A stretch of 43,351 bases of DNA from a bacterium (GTDB lineage Bacteria > Patescibacteriota > Saccharimonadia > CAILAD01 > BJGX01). The notes beneath the pieces were generated by a model, which was given only the letters and a program-made list of their open reading frames with translations, was not told the origin of the DNA and ran no database searches. Below, piece after piece: positions 1-8,877 of this stretch (position 1 is the stretch's first letter; every line of letters starts with the position of its first letter). The stretch is from positions 1 to 43,351 of the forward strand of contig JBAXPC010000002.1 in the NCBI GenBank assembly GCA_037132395.1, in the 5' to 3' direction. The position numbers were made by a program, and so were the translations under genes.

Positions 1-1
1 G

Positions 2-139
2 CCTACGCCAGCCCCTATCTTGCCAGAAACTGGTATTGAGACAGGATTGCTAGGAGTGTTAGGCTCAAGTGCGATGACTATCGGTGCAATCAAGTACCGT
101 AAGAGCCGAAAAGCTCTAGCCGAAGCTCTAAAAAGCTAA
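2..139 (+). CDS. C-terminal fragment of an LPXTG-type sortase-anchored surface protein (5' end lies outside the window)
   Basis: Frame 2 reads PTPAPILPETGIETGLLGVLGSSAMTIGAIKYRKSRKALAEALKS*. This gives an LPETG motif, a hydrophobic segment and a basic tail, with TAA at 137-139. Confidence 0.75.
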   Translation, partial: PTPAPILPETGIETGLLGVLGSSAMTIGAIKYRKSRKALAEALKS

Positions 140-170
140 AAGCTAATCAAAGCTTAAAAAAACTTTCTAG

Positions 171-203
171 AAAAAGACCCTACCTCCGCGTAGGGTCTTT
201 TTC
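171..203 (+). terminator. Rho-independent terminator after the LPXTG gene
   Basis: AAAAAGACCCTAC (171-183) pairs with GTAGGGTCTTTTT (190-202) around a 6-nt loop. The 3' arm ends in a T-run. Confidence 0.7.
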
Positions 204-248
204 GTACAAGCTGCCCCCTTGGCATTAAAAAGGGTTATAATAATAATT

Positions 249-1361
249 ATGAAACAATCTATAGAACAATTAAAAGCGCTTAAAGCCAAACTCGCCGACG
301 CCGCACAAAAGCTCGATCTCGATAGCGATAAGCAAAAGCTTGCCGAATTAAGGCTACAAACGGCAGGTGCTGATTTCTGGAACGACCAAGCTCGCGCTGA
401 GCTGATTACCAAGCAAGCCGCCAGCCTGGCAGCCTATACCGAGCTATGGAACAACACAATTGATGATATCAACACACTCTTGGAGCTTTTGGAATACGAC
501 GACCATGACAAAAAGGACGACCATGATGAAAACAGCGATCAGAGCGAATACCAGCCAGACATCACCAGGCTAATCGTAGCAGCCGAGAAGCTCCTAATAA
601 CCGTTAAGCTCAACGGCCCTCATGACAAATCGCCGGCCATTATGCAACTCTCGGCTGGAGTTGGTGGTACTGATGCCGCCGACTGGACGGCAATGCTAGA
701 GCGAATGTACTTGCGTTACGCCGAGGCCAGTGGCCTGCAGGCTGAAATATTAGATGAAAGCCCCGCTGAAGAAGCCGGCCTAAAAAGTGCTACTATTCGC
801 TTTAGTGGCCCTTTTGCCTATGGCAAATTGCAATCCGAAAAAGGCGTGCATCGGTTGGTGCGCTTGAGCCCATTTAATTCTGCCAGCCTCAGGCAGACAT
901 CTTTTGCACTTGTCGATGTAATACCAGAAATATCCCAAACAGAAGCCTTAATTGACGAGAAAGATCTTAAAATCGATACTTACCGCAGTAGTGGTAATGG
1001 CGGGCAGAGCGTTAATACCACCGATAGTGCGGTCCGTATTACGCATTTACCAACAGGTCTGGTGGTGGCTATCCAAAACGAACGCAGCCAGCTCAAAAAC
1101 AAGCAGCGTGCTATGAGTATTTTAGCCAGTCGCCTAGCTGAGCTGGCGCGTGAGCAGCACCTAGAGAGCATCAGCGAGCTCAAAGTATCGTCCAAATCGG
1201 CCGATTGGGGAAGCCAAATCAGATCGTACGTTTTGCACCCCTATCAAAAGATCAAAGACAACCGTAGTGGCTACGAAACCAGCGATACCCAAGGAGTTTT
1301 AGATGGCGACCTGGAGCCCTTGATTGAAGCTTATTTATCTAGCCAGGTTGGTAAGGATTAG
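249..1361 (+). CDS. prfB: Peptide chain release factor 2
   Basis: Has the RF2-type SPF tripeptide (RLSPFNS) and the GGQ motif (SSGNGGQSVN). The ORF is open from 219, but the first ATG (249) lies 7 nt after TATAAT (236-241). It is one uninterrupted frame. Confidence 0.93.
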   Translation: MKQSIEQLKALKAKLADAAQKLDLDSDKQKLAELRLQTAGADFWNDQARAELITKQAASLAAYTELWNNTIDDINTLLELLEYDDHDKKDDHDENSDQSEYQPDITRLIVAAEKLLITVKLNGPHDKSPAIMQLSAGVGGTDAADWTAMLERMYLRYAEASGLQAEILDESPAEEAGLKSATIRFSGPFAYGKLQSEKGVHRLVRLSPFNSASLRQTSFALVDVIPEISQTEALIDEKDLKIDTYRSSGNGGQSVNTTDSAVRITHLPTGLVVAIQNERSQLKNKQRAMSILASRLAELAREQHLESISELKVSSKSADWGSQIRSYVLHPYQKIKDNRSGYETSDTQGVLDGDLEPLIEAYLSSQVGKD

Positions 1362-1399
1362 CTTTATTATTCTGGTTATTTTTGGTAAGCTAGTAGCAT

Positions 1400-2080
1400 A
1401 TGATTTTATTAGACCGCGTTACTGTTATATACCCCAATAAGACAGTGGCTCTTTCAGGCGCCTCACTGCACATTCAGCCCAAGGAATTTGTCACCATCGT
1501 CGGTGCATCTGGTGCCGGCAAGAGTACTCTAATTCGATTACTGATTAAAGAAGAAGAGCCTACTTCGGGCAAGATTATTGTTGGAAGCATCGATTATGAT
1601 ACTATCGACAAATCTAACATCCCTCATTTGCGCCGCAAAATAGGTGTTGTCTTTCAGGATTTTAAGCTCCTACCGAACCTTACGGTTTATGAGAATGTGG
1701 CATTTGCACTGGAAGTTTCTGGAGTCAAAACCAAAGAAATCAAAAGAGCCGTTCCAAAAATACTACAACTAGTCGGCTTGAGCGAAAAAGCTCGTCATTA
1801 TCCGGGTGAAATATCTGGTGGCGAAAAACAGCGCACAGCAATTGCCCGAGCACTGGTGCGTAACCCCAAAATACTTATCGCCGACGAACCGACCGGAAAC
1901 CTCGATCCCAAAAACTCCTGGGACATTATCGAGCTACTGCTTAAGATCAATCGTTTTGGCACTACCGTAGTTTTGACCACCCACAATAAAGACATCGTCG
2001 ATGCCCTAAAAAAGCGCGTCATTACTATCAATCGCGGACGAGTAGTAAAAGATGAAAAGGTCGGGAAATATAGCCTATGA
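1400..2080 (+). CDS. ftsE: Cell-division ABC ATPase FtsE
   Basis: Walker A GASGAGKST, ABC signature ISGGEKQR and Walker B ILIADEPTGNLD are present. There is a 4-nt ATGA overlap with the next gene. Confidence 0.93.
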   Translation: MILLDRVTVIYPNKTVALSGASLHIQPKEFVTIVGASGAGKSTLIRLLIKEEEPTSGKIIVGSIDYDTIDKSNIPHLRRKIGVVFQDFKLLPNLTVYENVAFALEVSGVKTKEIKRAVPKILQLVGLSEKARHYPGEISGGEKQRTAIARALVRNPKILIADEPTGNLDPKNSWDIIELLLKINRFGTTVVLTTHNKDIVDALKKRVITINRGRVVKDEKVGKYSL

Positions 2081-2991
2081 TTACCTTTTGGAGGGTTTTT
2101 AAGAGCGGTTTTCGTAATACTTTTAGGCATGCCTGGCTAAGTACAGCAGCTACGGCAATTATGGTCGTGACGCTGCTAATTCTGACCTTTTTTGCCTTTT
2201 CGATTTATTTTGTACAGACTCAACTGAAGGATGTCCAGCAAAAGATCGACCTAACCTTGTTTATTAGTGACGATGCCAAAGATGAACAAATTAAAGCTCT
2301 GCAAGCCAAGGTGTTGCAGTCGACTGGTGTAACCACTGTTCAATTTGTATCCAAGGCCGATGCCCTCAAACGACTCGAAAACAGCAGCGAAGAGGGCAAA
2401 AAGCTTGCTAAATCTGCGACCGAAATAGGAAACCCTCTGCCAGCCTCTTTAGAGGTAAAGCTCGTTAAAATCGATGATATAGGTACTATCAATAAGACTA
2501 TTCGGGGCTACCCAGAAGGAGCCATTGTTACCGAAACTAGCTACGACAGCCGAGACGACAATCGCAAGGGAGTTATCGAAAATATCATTCGTATCAGCAA
2601 CGCCGTAACTCGAGTTGGCGGAGTGTTGAGTGCAGTCTTCTTGATTATTGCCCTACTGATCATATTCAATACCGTTCGAATGGCGATATTCACTCGCCGC
2701 GAAGAAATCGAAATTATGAAGTTAGTTGGGGCTACAAAATGGTTTATTCGAGGGCCATTTATTATAGAGGGCTCAATGTATGGTATTTTTGGTGCTACTA
2801 TTGCTGTCATCGCTCTAGTGCCAATCACTCGGGTAGTCGGGCAGTTTTTGGTCGAAAAGCTTAACGCTGGTACAGCAGTTAATTATTTTGGCGCAAATAT
2901 TTTGCTAATAGTGCTAGCTATTTACGCTGTCGGGGTATTTATTGGGGCCGTTTCAAGCTGGCTAGCAATCTCAAGGCACCTAAAGCTCTAA
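2077..2991 (+). CDS. ftsX: Cell-division permease-like protein FtsX
   Basis: N-terminal TM, a roughly 130-aa extracytoplasmic loop and three C-terminal TM helices. It is translationally coupled to ftsE. Confidence 0.88.
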   Translation: MITFWRVFKSGFRNTFRHAWLSTAATAIMVVTLLILTFFAFSIYFVQTQLKDVQQKIDLTLFISDDAKDEQIKALQAKVLQSTGVTTVQFVSKADALKRLENSSEEGKKLAKSATEIGNPLPASLEVKLVKIDDIGTINKTIRGYPEGAIVTETSYDSRDDNRKGVIENIIRISNAVTRVGGVLSAVFLIIALLIIFNTVRMAIFTRREEIEIMKLVGATKWFIRGPFIIEGSMYGIFGATIAVIALVPITRVVGQFLVEKLNAGTAVNYFGANILLIVLAIYAVGVFIGAVSSWLAISRHLKL

Positions 2992-3036
2992 GGTGCCATA
3001 AAGGCTCCAAAAACTATCGTAATTTTTGGGCCGATG

Positions 3037-3045
3037 TGTTATAAT
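3037..3045 (+). promoter_or_regulatory. Candidate extended -10 promoter (TGTTATAAT) for the CHAP hydrolase gene
   Basis: TGnTATAAT lies about 36 nt upstream of a GGAGGG Shine-Dalgarno at 3081-3086. Confidence 0.4.
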
Positions 3046-3092
3046 AGTTATGGTTTTACATCTAGCTTTACCGTTTATTAGGAGGGTGACCA

Positions 3093-4217
3093 ATTTTTAG
3101 AAAAATAAATCGAAAGTCGAATCGAATATCAAAATTAAAAGCTATATCAATATTAGGTATTATTGTTATTGCTTTTGGTTTTGTAGCTACTATTGTTCCG
3201 CACCAAGCTAAGGCTGATCAGTACGATGTTCAGATAGCAGCCCTCAAGGCTAAGGTCAAGCAGGCCACAGATGTCGCTAATAGTAAAAAGTCTGAAGTCG
3301 ATACCCTGAAGGGTAAAATAGCCAGTATAGACGCCGAAATATCGGCTGCCCAGCAGCAACTCGACCTAACCGCACTCGAAATGCGTAGTACTGAAGCAAC
3401 TATCGATCAGACCAATCGTGATATGGAAAAGCAAAAACAAATACTGCGCGACAACCTAAAACTCATTTATAGGTCTGGCAATATTAGCCCGATTGAAGTT
3501 TTGGCTTCTAGCAAAAATCTCAGCGACTTTGTATCGCAACAACAATACCTGGGTGCAATTAAGCGAAAAGTTGATGACAATGTTAATAAAATTGATGCCC
3601 TCAAAAAAGAGCTTGATATCAAAAAGGGTCAGCTAGCCGCTCAGTCTGTCCAGCAGCAAACAGTCGTAAATCAAATTGCTACCAAACGTGCCGAGCAAAC
3701 TAGTATTTTAGCCAGAACTCAGGGAGAGGAATCGAACTACCGTAACGTCATTAAGGAGGACGAAAGTAAGATCGCTAGCCTTAAAGCTCAGCAAGCAGCA
3801 ATCATTAGCTCGTACTCGACCAATGTTCAGTACGGCGGCACAGGCGGATATCCTTGGGCCAATGCTTCACCGTTTCCAAACAGTTATCCAGACCCTTGGG
3901 GTATGTACCAAAGGCAATGCGTTAGTTATACCGCCTGGAGAGTAGCAGCATCTGGCCGTAACATGCCGTACTGGGGCGGTGTCGGTAACGCCTACCAGTG
4001 GCCAGGTAATGCTCGAGCAGCTGGCATTGCTGTCGATGGCAATCCTCAGCCTGGTGATGTAGCAATCTCTAGCGCCGGCTACTATGGGCATGCTATGTAC
4101 GTCGAATCTGTTCTGGGTGGTGGCAAAGTTAGGGTTAGCCAGTATAATGCTAACTGGAGTGGTAGTTACTCCGTAAGCGATGTATCAATTGCCGGGCTGG
4201 AGTTTATTCACTTCTAA
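3093..4217 (+). CDS. PcsB-like secreted coiled-coil plus CHAP-domain peptidoglycan hydrolase (likely ATT start; first ATG is at 3381)
   Basis: The frame is open from 3090. The upstream in-frame part encodes a basic N-terminus, a TM/signal segment (ISILGIIVIAFGFVATIV) and coiled coil. GGAGGG lies 6 nt before ATT 3093. The C-terminal CHAP domain has Cys in RQCVSYTAWRV and His in GHAMYVE. Confidence 0.8.
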   Translation: MFRKINRKSNRISKLKAISILGIIVIAFGFVATIVPHQAKADQYDVQIAALKAKVKQATDVANSKKSEVDTLKGKIASIDAEISAAQQQLDLTALEMRSTEATIDQTNRDMEKQKQILRDNLKLIYRSGNISPIEVLASSKNLSDFVSQQQYLGAIKRKVDDNVNKIDALKKELDIKKGQLAAQSVQQQTVVNQIATKRAEQTSILARTQGEESNYRNVIKEDESKIASLKAQQAAIISSYSTNVQYGGTGGYPWANASPFPNSYPDPWGMYQRQCVSYTAWRVAASGRNMPYWGGVGNAYQWPGNARAAGIAVDGNPQPGDVAISSAGYYGHAMYVESVLGGGKVRVSQYNANWSGSYSVSDVSIAGLEFIHF

Positions 4218-4234
4218 AGTGAAAATTAGTAATT

Positions 4235-5473
4235 ATGAATAACAAATCTAAGACTACACCAACTGAAACAACTTCGCCGGCAGATAAATTAATAAAATCC
4301 CGGCTCCACGGTTTTGGGAACATCGCTATCGGCTTTATGCTGGGTCTGGCTGTATTCTGGGCATTTAGCATTTTTTATCGCCCCGCCACCGGCAAAAATC
4401 AGCTCGATACCGCGATGCTTTATAAGGTGCAGTCGATCTTACAGCAAAAGTATGATGGCAATATCGACTACGGTAAGTTCTCGGAAGGTGCCGCCGCCGG
4501 CGCAGTAGCGTCGCTAGGAGACCCCTATACAGTCTTTTTAGATCAGCAAAACAATAAGGAGCTAGCCAACGATCTCAAAGGAGAACTCTCCGGAATCGGA
4601 ATCGAGGTTGGACAGAAAGATGGCAGGCTAACAGTTATTGCTCCTTTTGATGGAACTCCAGCCGCCAAGGCTGGCATCCGGTCAGGGGATATTATTGCCA
4701 CAATCGATGGAGTTGCAACCAGCTCAATAACCCTAGACCAAGCAGTTAATAAAATTAGAGGTGAAAAGGGTACCTCTGTTAAGCTTGGAATAGTCCGCGC
4801 TGGCGAGGCCCCAAAAGAGATAGAAATTACACGTGAGATTATTGATATCCCTAGTGTTTCCTACGAAATGAAGGATGGCTTGGTAGGCTATATCAAAATC
4901 AGACGCTTTGGCGAGGATACCGCTGCGCTGGTAAAGTCGGCCGGCGTTAGCCTAAAAAGCCAAGGTGCCAAGGCAGTTATTATAGATGTCAGAGATAACC
5001 CAGGCGGGTACCTAGATGCGGCCGTTGCTGTAGCATCGGAATTTTCCAATAAAGGGGTTGTAGTCGAAGAACGATCTCGCAACTCTAAGCCCAAAATACA
5101 ATACGCTACCACTGGCGGAACAATGACAAACATCCCAGTAGTGATGCTTATAAATGGCGGTAGCGCATCGGCATCAGAAATCCTAGCCGGAGCACTCAAT
5201 GACAACAACAGAGCTTTATTGGTAGGCGAAAAGACCTACGGTAAAGGGAGTGTCCAAGAAGTAGTCTGTTTGAGCCCAGTGTTTATGAACAGCGACTGCC
5301 CAGGTGCATCACTCAAAGTTACGGTTGCCCGTTGGTTTACACCTGCTGGTATAAATATTAGCAAAGAAGGCATTAAGCCTGAGGTTGAAGTTAAGCTCAC
5401 TGACGAGGATATCAACAACAGCAAAGATCCTCAACTCGAAAAGGCCATCGAGCTCGCTAAGCAAGCAAAATAG
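4235..5473 (+). CDS. ctpA: S41 family C-terminal processing peptidase (N-terminal TM, PDZ domain)
   Basis: PDZ-like segment GIGIEVGQKDGRLTVIAPFDGTPAAKAGIRSGDII. S41 motifs IDVRDNPGG, NGGSASASEI and GEKTYGKGS are present. Confidence 0.88.
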   Translation: MNNKSKTTPTETTSPADKLIKSRLHGFGNIAIGFMLGLAVFWAFSIFYRPATGKNQLDTAMLYKVQSILQQKYDGNIDYGKFSEGAAAGAVASLGDPYTVFLDQQNNKELANDLKGELSGIGIEVGQKDGRLTVIAPFDGTPAAKAGIRSGDIIATIDGVATSSITLDQAVNKIRGEKGTSVKLGIVRAGEAPKEIEITREIIDIPSVSYEMKDGLVGYIKIRRFGEDTAALVKSAGVSLKSQGAKAVIIDVRDNPGGYLDAAVAVASEFSNKGVVVEERSRNSKPKIQYATTGGTMTNIPVVMLINGGSASASEILAGALNDNNRALLVGEKTYGKGSVQEVVCLSPVFMNSDCPGASLKVTVARWFTPAGINISKEGIKPEVEVKLTDEDINNSKDPQLEKAIELAKQAK

Positions 5474-5579
5474 AAAAGTATCATAAAAACCTGACTCGGG
5501 TTTGATAATCGTATTGACCTATCACCAGCATAGGCATTATTATATTAAGTGACATCTAATTGTGAGGGGGTTTAATATA

Positions 5580-7226
5580 ATGAAAACAAAAGTTAAGACA
5601 AAGTTTATTTTTGTAACCGGCGGTGTGATTTCTGGACTCGGAAAAGGAATTACTGCTGCTTCAATCGGTAAGCTAATGTCGGCTCGAGGCATGAAGGTCA
5701 CAATGCAAAAATGTGACCCTTATTTGAATATGGACGCTGGTACACTTAATCCTTCCGAACACGGTGAGGTTTTTGTCACTAAGGATGGTGGGGAAACAGA
5801 CTTGGACCTAGGCCATTATGAGAGATTTATCGATACCGAGCTAACGCGTAAATCATCAACGATGAGTGGAAAGATATACTCCAAGGTACTATCCGACGAA
5901 CGCAAAGGTATGTACCTAGGTAAAACGATTCAGATTATACCTCATATCACCAACGAAATTATGAACCAAATCGTTGCATCTGGCGAGGGTAGTGATGTGC
6001 ATATAGCCGAAGTCGGTGGTACGGTTGGCGATTACGAGGCGATGGCCTGGATTGAGGCAATCCGGCAAATGAAGCGTCGTGTCGGGGAAGACAACATTCT
6101 CTATGCCCATGTGGTATATGTGCCGTATCTGGCTGTTAGTAAGGAGTTTAAGACCAAGCCAGCTCAAAACAGCGTTAGAGACTTGCGCGAGGCTGGTATT
6201 CAGCCCGACATACTATGTGTTCGTTCTGACGAGCCAATTAATGCCGAAGCATTCGATAAAATGAGCCTGTATTGTGATGTCGATAAGGATGCAATCGTAG
6301 CCCTGCCCAATTCTAAAAGTGTCTATGAAGTCCCTTTAAGAATGGAAGAAGCCGGCCTGGGCAACTATATCTGCAAGTTTATTGGTCTCAACTGCAAAAA
6401 ACCGGACTTAAAAGATTGGAAATTATTGGTAGATCGAATAAAGCAACCAAAGCCATCGGTATCGGTAGGCGTGGTAGCAAAATATATGAGTAACGAAGAT
6501 ACCTACTTGAGTGTTTTTGAAGCCTTACGATCGGCCGGGTGGCACCATAATCTCGATATCAACATCGTCTGGATTGACTCCGAAAAACTAATCGGTGACG
6601 AGTTCGAATTTGCTGGCCTTGATGGTATCTTGGTGCCTGGCGGTTTTGGAAGTCGTGGGCTAGAGGGCAAAATCTGGGCTGCTCGCTTTGCGCGCCAAAA
6701 TAATGTACCGTATTTGGGCTTGTGCCTGGGGATGCAGGTGGCGGTGATTGAATTTGCTCGCGAGGTACTAAATGATCCGTCGGCCAACAGTAGCGAGATA
6801 GACCCTGATACCAAAAACCCAGTGATACACATTATGCCGGACCAAATCGGCGTTGATTTGGGTGGCAGCATGAGGCTCGGCAACTATAAGGCTAAACTCA
6901 ATAAAAAATCTCGATCCTTCTTGGCTTATGGCAAGGGTAGTATTATCGAGCGTCATCGCCATCGCTACGAATTTAATAACGATTATCTAGTTCAGCTCGA
7001 GGCAGCTGGGCTAGTTATAGCCGCCACTTCACCAGACGGAAAGCTAGTAGAAATAATCGAGCATAAAAGCCATCCGTTCTTTGTCGCCTCACAGTTTCAT
7101 CCTGAGTATAAATCTCGACCAAACAGCCCACACCCATTATTTAAAGATTTTGTTGGTGCGATTAAGTTTGCCCAAGGTAACCCAATAAAACATCAACAAA
7201 AAAAAATAGTCAGTCGCGATAATTGA
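5580..7226 (+). CDS. pyrG: CTP synthase
   Basis: N-terminus KFIFVTGGVISGLGKGI, glutamine amidotransferase Cys in GLCLGMQ, and HRHRYE. GAGGGGG Shine-Dalgarno lies 9 nt before ATG 5580 (the ORF is open from GTG 5562). Confidence 0.96.
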   Translation: MKTKVKTKFIFVTGGVISGLGKGITAASIGKLMSARGMKVTMQKCDPYLNMDAGTLNPSEHGEVFVTKDGGETDLDLGHYERFIDTELTRKSSTMSGKIYSKVLSDERKGMYLGKTIQIIPHITNEIMNQIVASGEGSDVHIAEVGGTVGDYEAMAWIEAIRQMKRRVGEDNILYAHVVYVPYLAVSKEFKTKPAQNSVRDLREAGIQPDILCVRSDEPINAEAFDKMSLYCDVDKDAIVALPNSKSVYEVPLRMEEAGLGNYICKFIGLNCKKPDLKDWKLLVDRIKQPKPSVSVGVVAKYMSNEDTYLSVFEALRSAGWHHNLDINIVWIDSEKLIGDEFEFAGLDGILVPGGFGSRGLEGKIWAARFARQNNVPYLGLCLGMQVAVIEFAREVLNDPSANSSEIDPDTKNPVIHIMPDQIGVDLGGSMRLGNYKAKLNKKSRSFLAYGKGSIIERHRHRYEFNNDYLVQLEAAGLVIAATSPDGKLVEIIEHKSHPFFVASQFHPEYKSRPNSPHPLFKDFVGAIKFAQGNPIKHQQKKIVSRDN

Positions 7227-7316
7227 CCCACATGCCAATCATTGTGTGGCTAACTTGGCTAATTTTGATTTTAGTCAAAAAGCCAGCGACCAGCGTGCCG
7301 GCGACTAGCTAATAAA

Positions 7317-7347
7317 ATCAACCACATCGAGTAGTGATGTGGTTGAT
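7317..7347 (-). terminator. Hairpin terminator between convergent pyrG and rpmA
   Basis: Perfect 12-bp stem ATCAACCACATC/GATGTGGTTGAT with a 7-nt loop. The T-tract (TTTTATT) is present only on the minus strand, so it mainly serves rpmA. Confidence 0.6.
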
Positions 7348-7391
7348 AGGATTCGCCAAATATTGAAGTGCTAGTTTTTACTAGGTTTAAT

Positions 7392-7673
7392 TTAAGCGCT
7401 AGCTACGACGCTGACTAGAGATTTGCGTTGCTTAGTACCAGTAAATGCTTGTTTTTGGATGGTTTTGAATTCTACAAGCCCAGGTTGCAAGGCAAACAGA
7501 GTATGGTCTTTTCCAATACCAACATGTGAGCCAGCAATAAACTTGCTACCGCGTTGACGGATTATAATATCGCCAACTTGAACTGTCTGACCGCCCGAGC
7601 GTTTTACGCCCAGTCTTTTAGACTGTGAATCTCTGCCGTTTCTAGATGAACCGCCGGCTTTTGTATGTGACAT
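7392..7673 (-). CDS. rpmA: 50S ribosomal protein L27
   Basis: [24 protein letters not shown]... is a typical L27 N-terminus. AGGAG Shine-Dalgarno lies upstream. Confidence 0.96.
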   Translation of the reverse strand: MSHTKAGGSSRNGRDSQSKRLGVKRSGGQTVQVGDIIIRQRGSKFIAGSHVGIGKDHTLFALQPGLVEFKTIQKQAFTGTKQRKSLVSVVASA

Positions 7674-7682
7674 TTGTTGCTC

Positions 7683-8822
7683 CTATTTAGTTTCAAAAAT
7701 GATAATCTGACGACCTGTGAATTGTCCTTCTCTGTGATAGCTCAGATTGCTTTGTCGTACAGATGTAAACTCGGACTTAGTATAACCCAAATTACATATA
7801 TCGTCAATGATATTTAGCCTGACAATCTCATCGCCGGGCAGCCAAAATGGCATACAGACGCAGACTTTGCTGGGCTTGGTGGTTTGTTGCAGTAGGTGTT
7901 TAAAAAACCCTAGGTAGAGTTCTTTGAGCTCCGGGAACTGCTCCTTGATTAGCATTTTGGTTGGCTTGGAGAGGAAGTTCCGACCCAAAAAGCCTTCGGT
8001 CACAATACTATACTTGCTGGTGGGGTAGTCTCTTGCAAGGGCATCTTCAGCTATACCAATGCTAATACTAGCAGTGTTATCGAAATTTTCAGCGAACCAG
8101 CTGGAATTTTTGTTGGCGCAATCTACCATATCTTTTTGGAGGTCGCTGCCTTGGCTTTTAAGGCCCATCAGAGAAGCCTCCATTAGTAGCCCACCAGAAC
8201 CGCAAAACGGATCGACAATTATGGTGTCGCGGTCGGGCCTGGTTAGATTGATCATTATTTGTGATAGCTTTGGCGGTAGCATACCGACCTTCCTGTCACG
8301 GCAAGGCTTTTCGTAGTCGCGCTTTGAATAGGCGTCGATGTCCTGTACACCATAGGTCGTAGCTAGTATGTACCTTGAGCCATCCTCAATAATTAGTATC
8401 TCGAGACCTTTAGTGAGTAGCTTGTTGTGTTTAACAGAGGCGGCATTGAGTTGGTTATTGGCCTTTGGGAGTACCAGCCTTGGCTTGAGGTCGATTTTTT
8501 GAAGTGATTTTTTAATTTTAATGCCAAGAGCACTAAGATTAATACTAGCCTTACCATAGTAGCTCAGTCCAAAGTTTAGTTTTGTGCCAGTGTTGGCTTC
8601 CTGTAAAAGCGTCTCTATCTTGATCTGAACTTCGGCTATACTACCTACTTCAGCATAGGCAACTCTGGCAAGTTTTATAGCACCACCCAGGCTGTTGATG
8701 TCTTCGATTTGGTCAGTTTGAATCTCAGCTATTTCGTCGCTGATCTTTCTGACATTACCAAAAATTACCTCGGCTTCAGCCAGGCAAAGATCGGTCTCTC
8801 TTCCTAGTACTATAATCTGCAT
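7683..8822 (-). CDS. Putative SAM-dependent methyltransferase (UPF0020/Trm11-like class I fold)
   Basis: SAM motif I VDPFCGSGGLLMEA is present. The ORF is open to 8870, but ATG 8822 lies 6 nt after TATAAT (8834-8829, minus strand). Confidence 0.55.
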   Translation of the reverse strand: MQIIVLGRETDLCLAEAEVIFGNVRKISDEIAEIQTDQIEDINSLGGAIKLARVAYAEVGSIAEVQIKIETLLQEANTGTKLNFGLSYYGKASINLSALGIKIKKSLQKIDLKPRLVLPKANNQLNAASVKHNKLLTKGLEILIIEDGSRYILATTYGVQDIDAYSKRDYEKPCRDRKVGMLPPKLSQIMINLTRPDRDTIIVDPFCGSGGLLMEASLMGLKSQGSDLQKDMVDCANKNSSWFAENFDNTASISIGIAEDALARDYPTSKYSIVTEGFLGRNFLSKPTKMLIKEQFPELKELYLGFFKHLLQQTTKPSKVCVCMPFWLPGDEIVRLNIIDDICNLGYTKSEFTSVRQSNLSYHREGQFTGRQIIIFETK

Positions 8823-8877
8823 ATCTACATTATAAACCCAGATACCATATAATGGCGAGCTAGGGTACAATTAAAGT

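Noticed and set aside
219-1361. Programmed +1 frameshift site typical of prfB (CTT TGA C near codon 25)
   Set aside because: The gene is one uninterrupted reading frame with SPF and GGQ motifs, and no in-frame TGA occurs early in the gene. It is an ordinary non-frameshifted prfB.
3153-3359. 68-aa minus-strand ORF in the apparent gap before ATG 3381
   Set aside because: The plus-strand frame here encodes a coherent signal/TM segment plus coiled coil that continues into the CHAP protein. The minus-strand ORF is a shadow.
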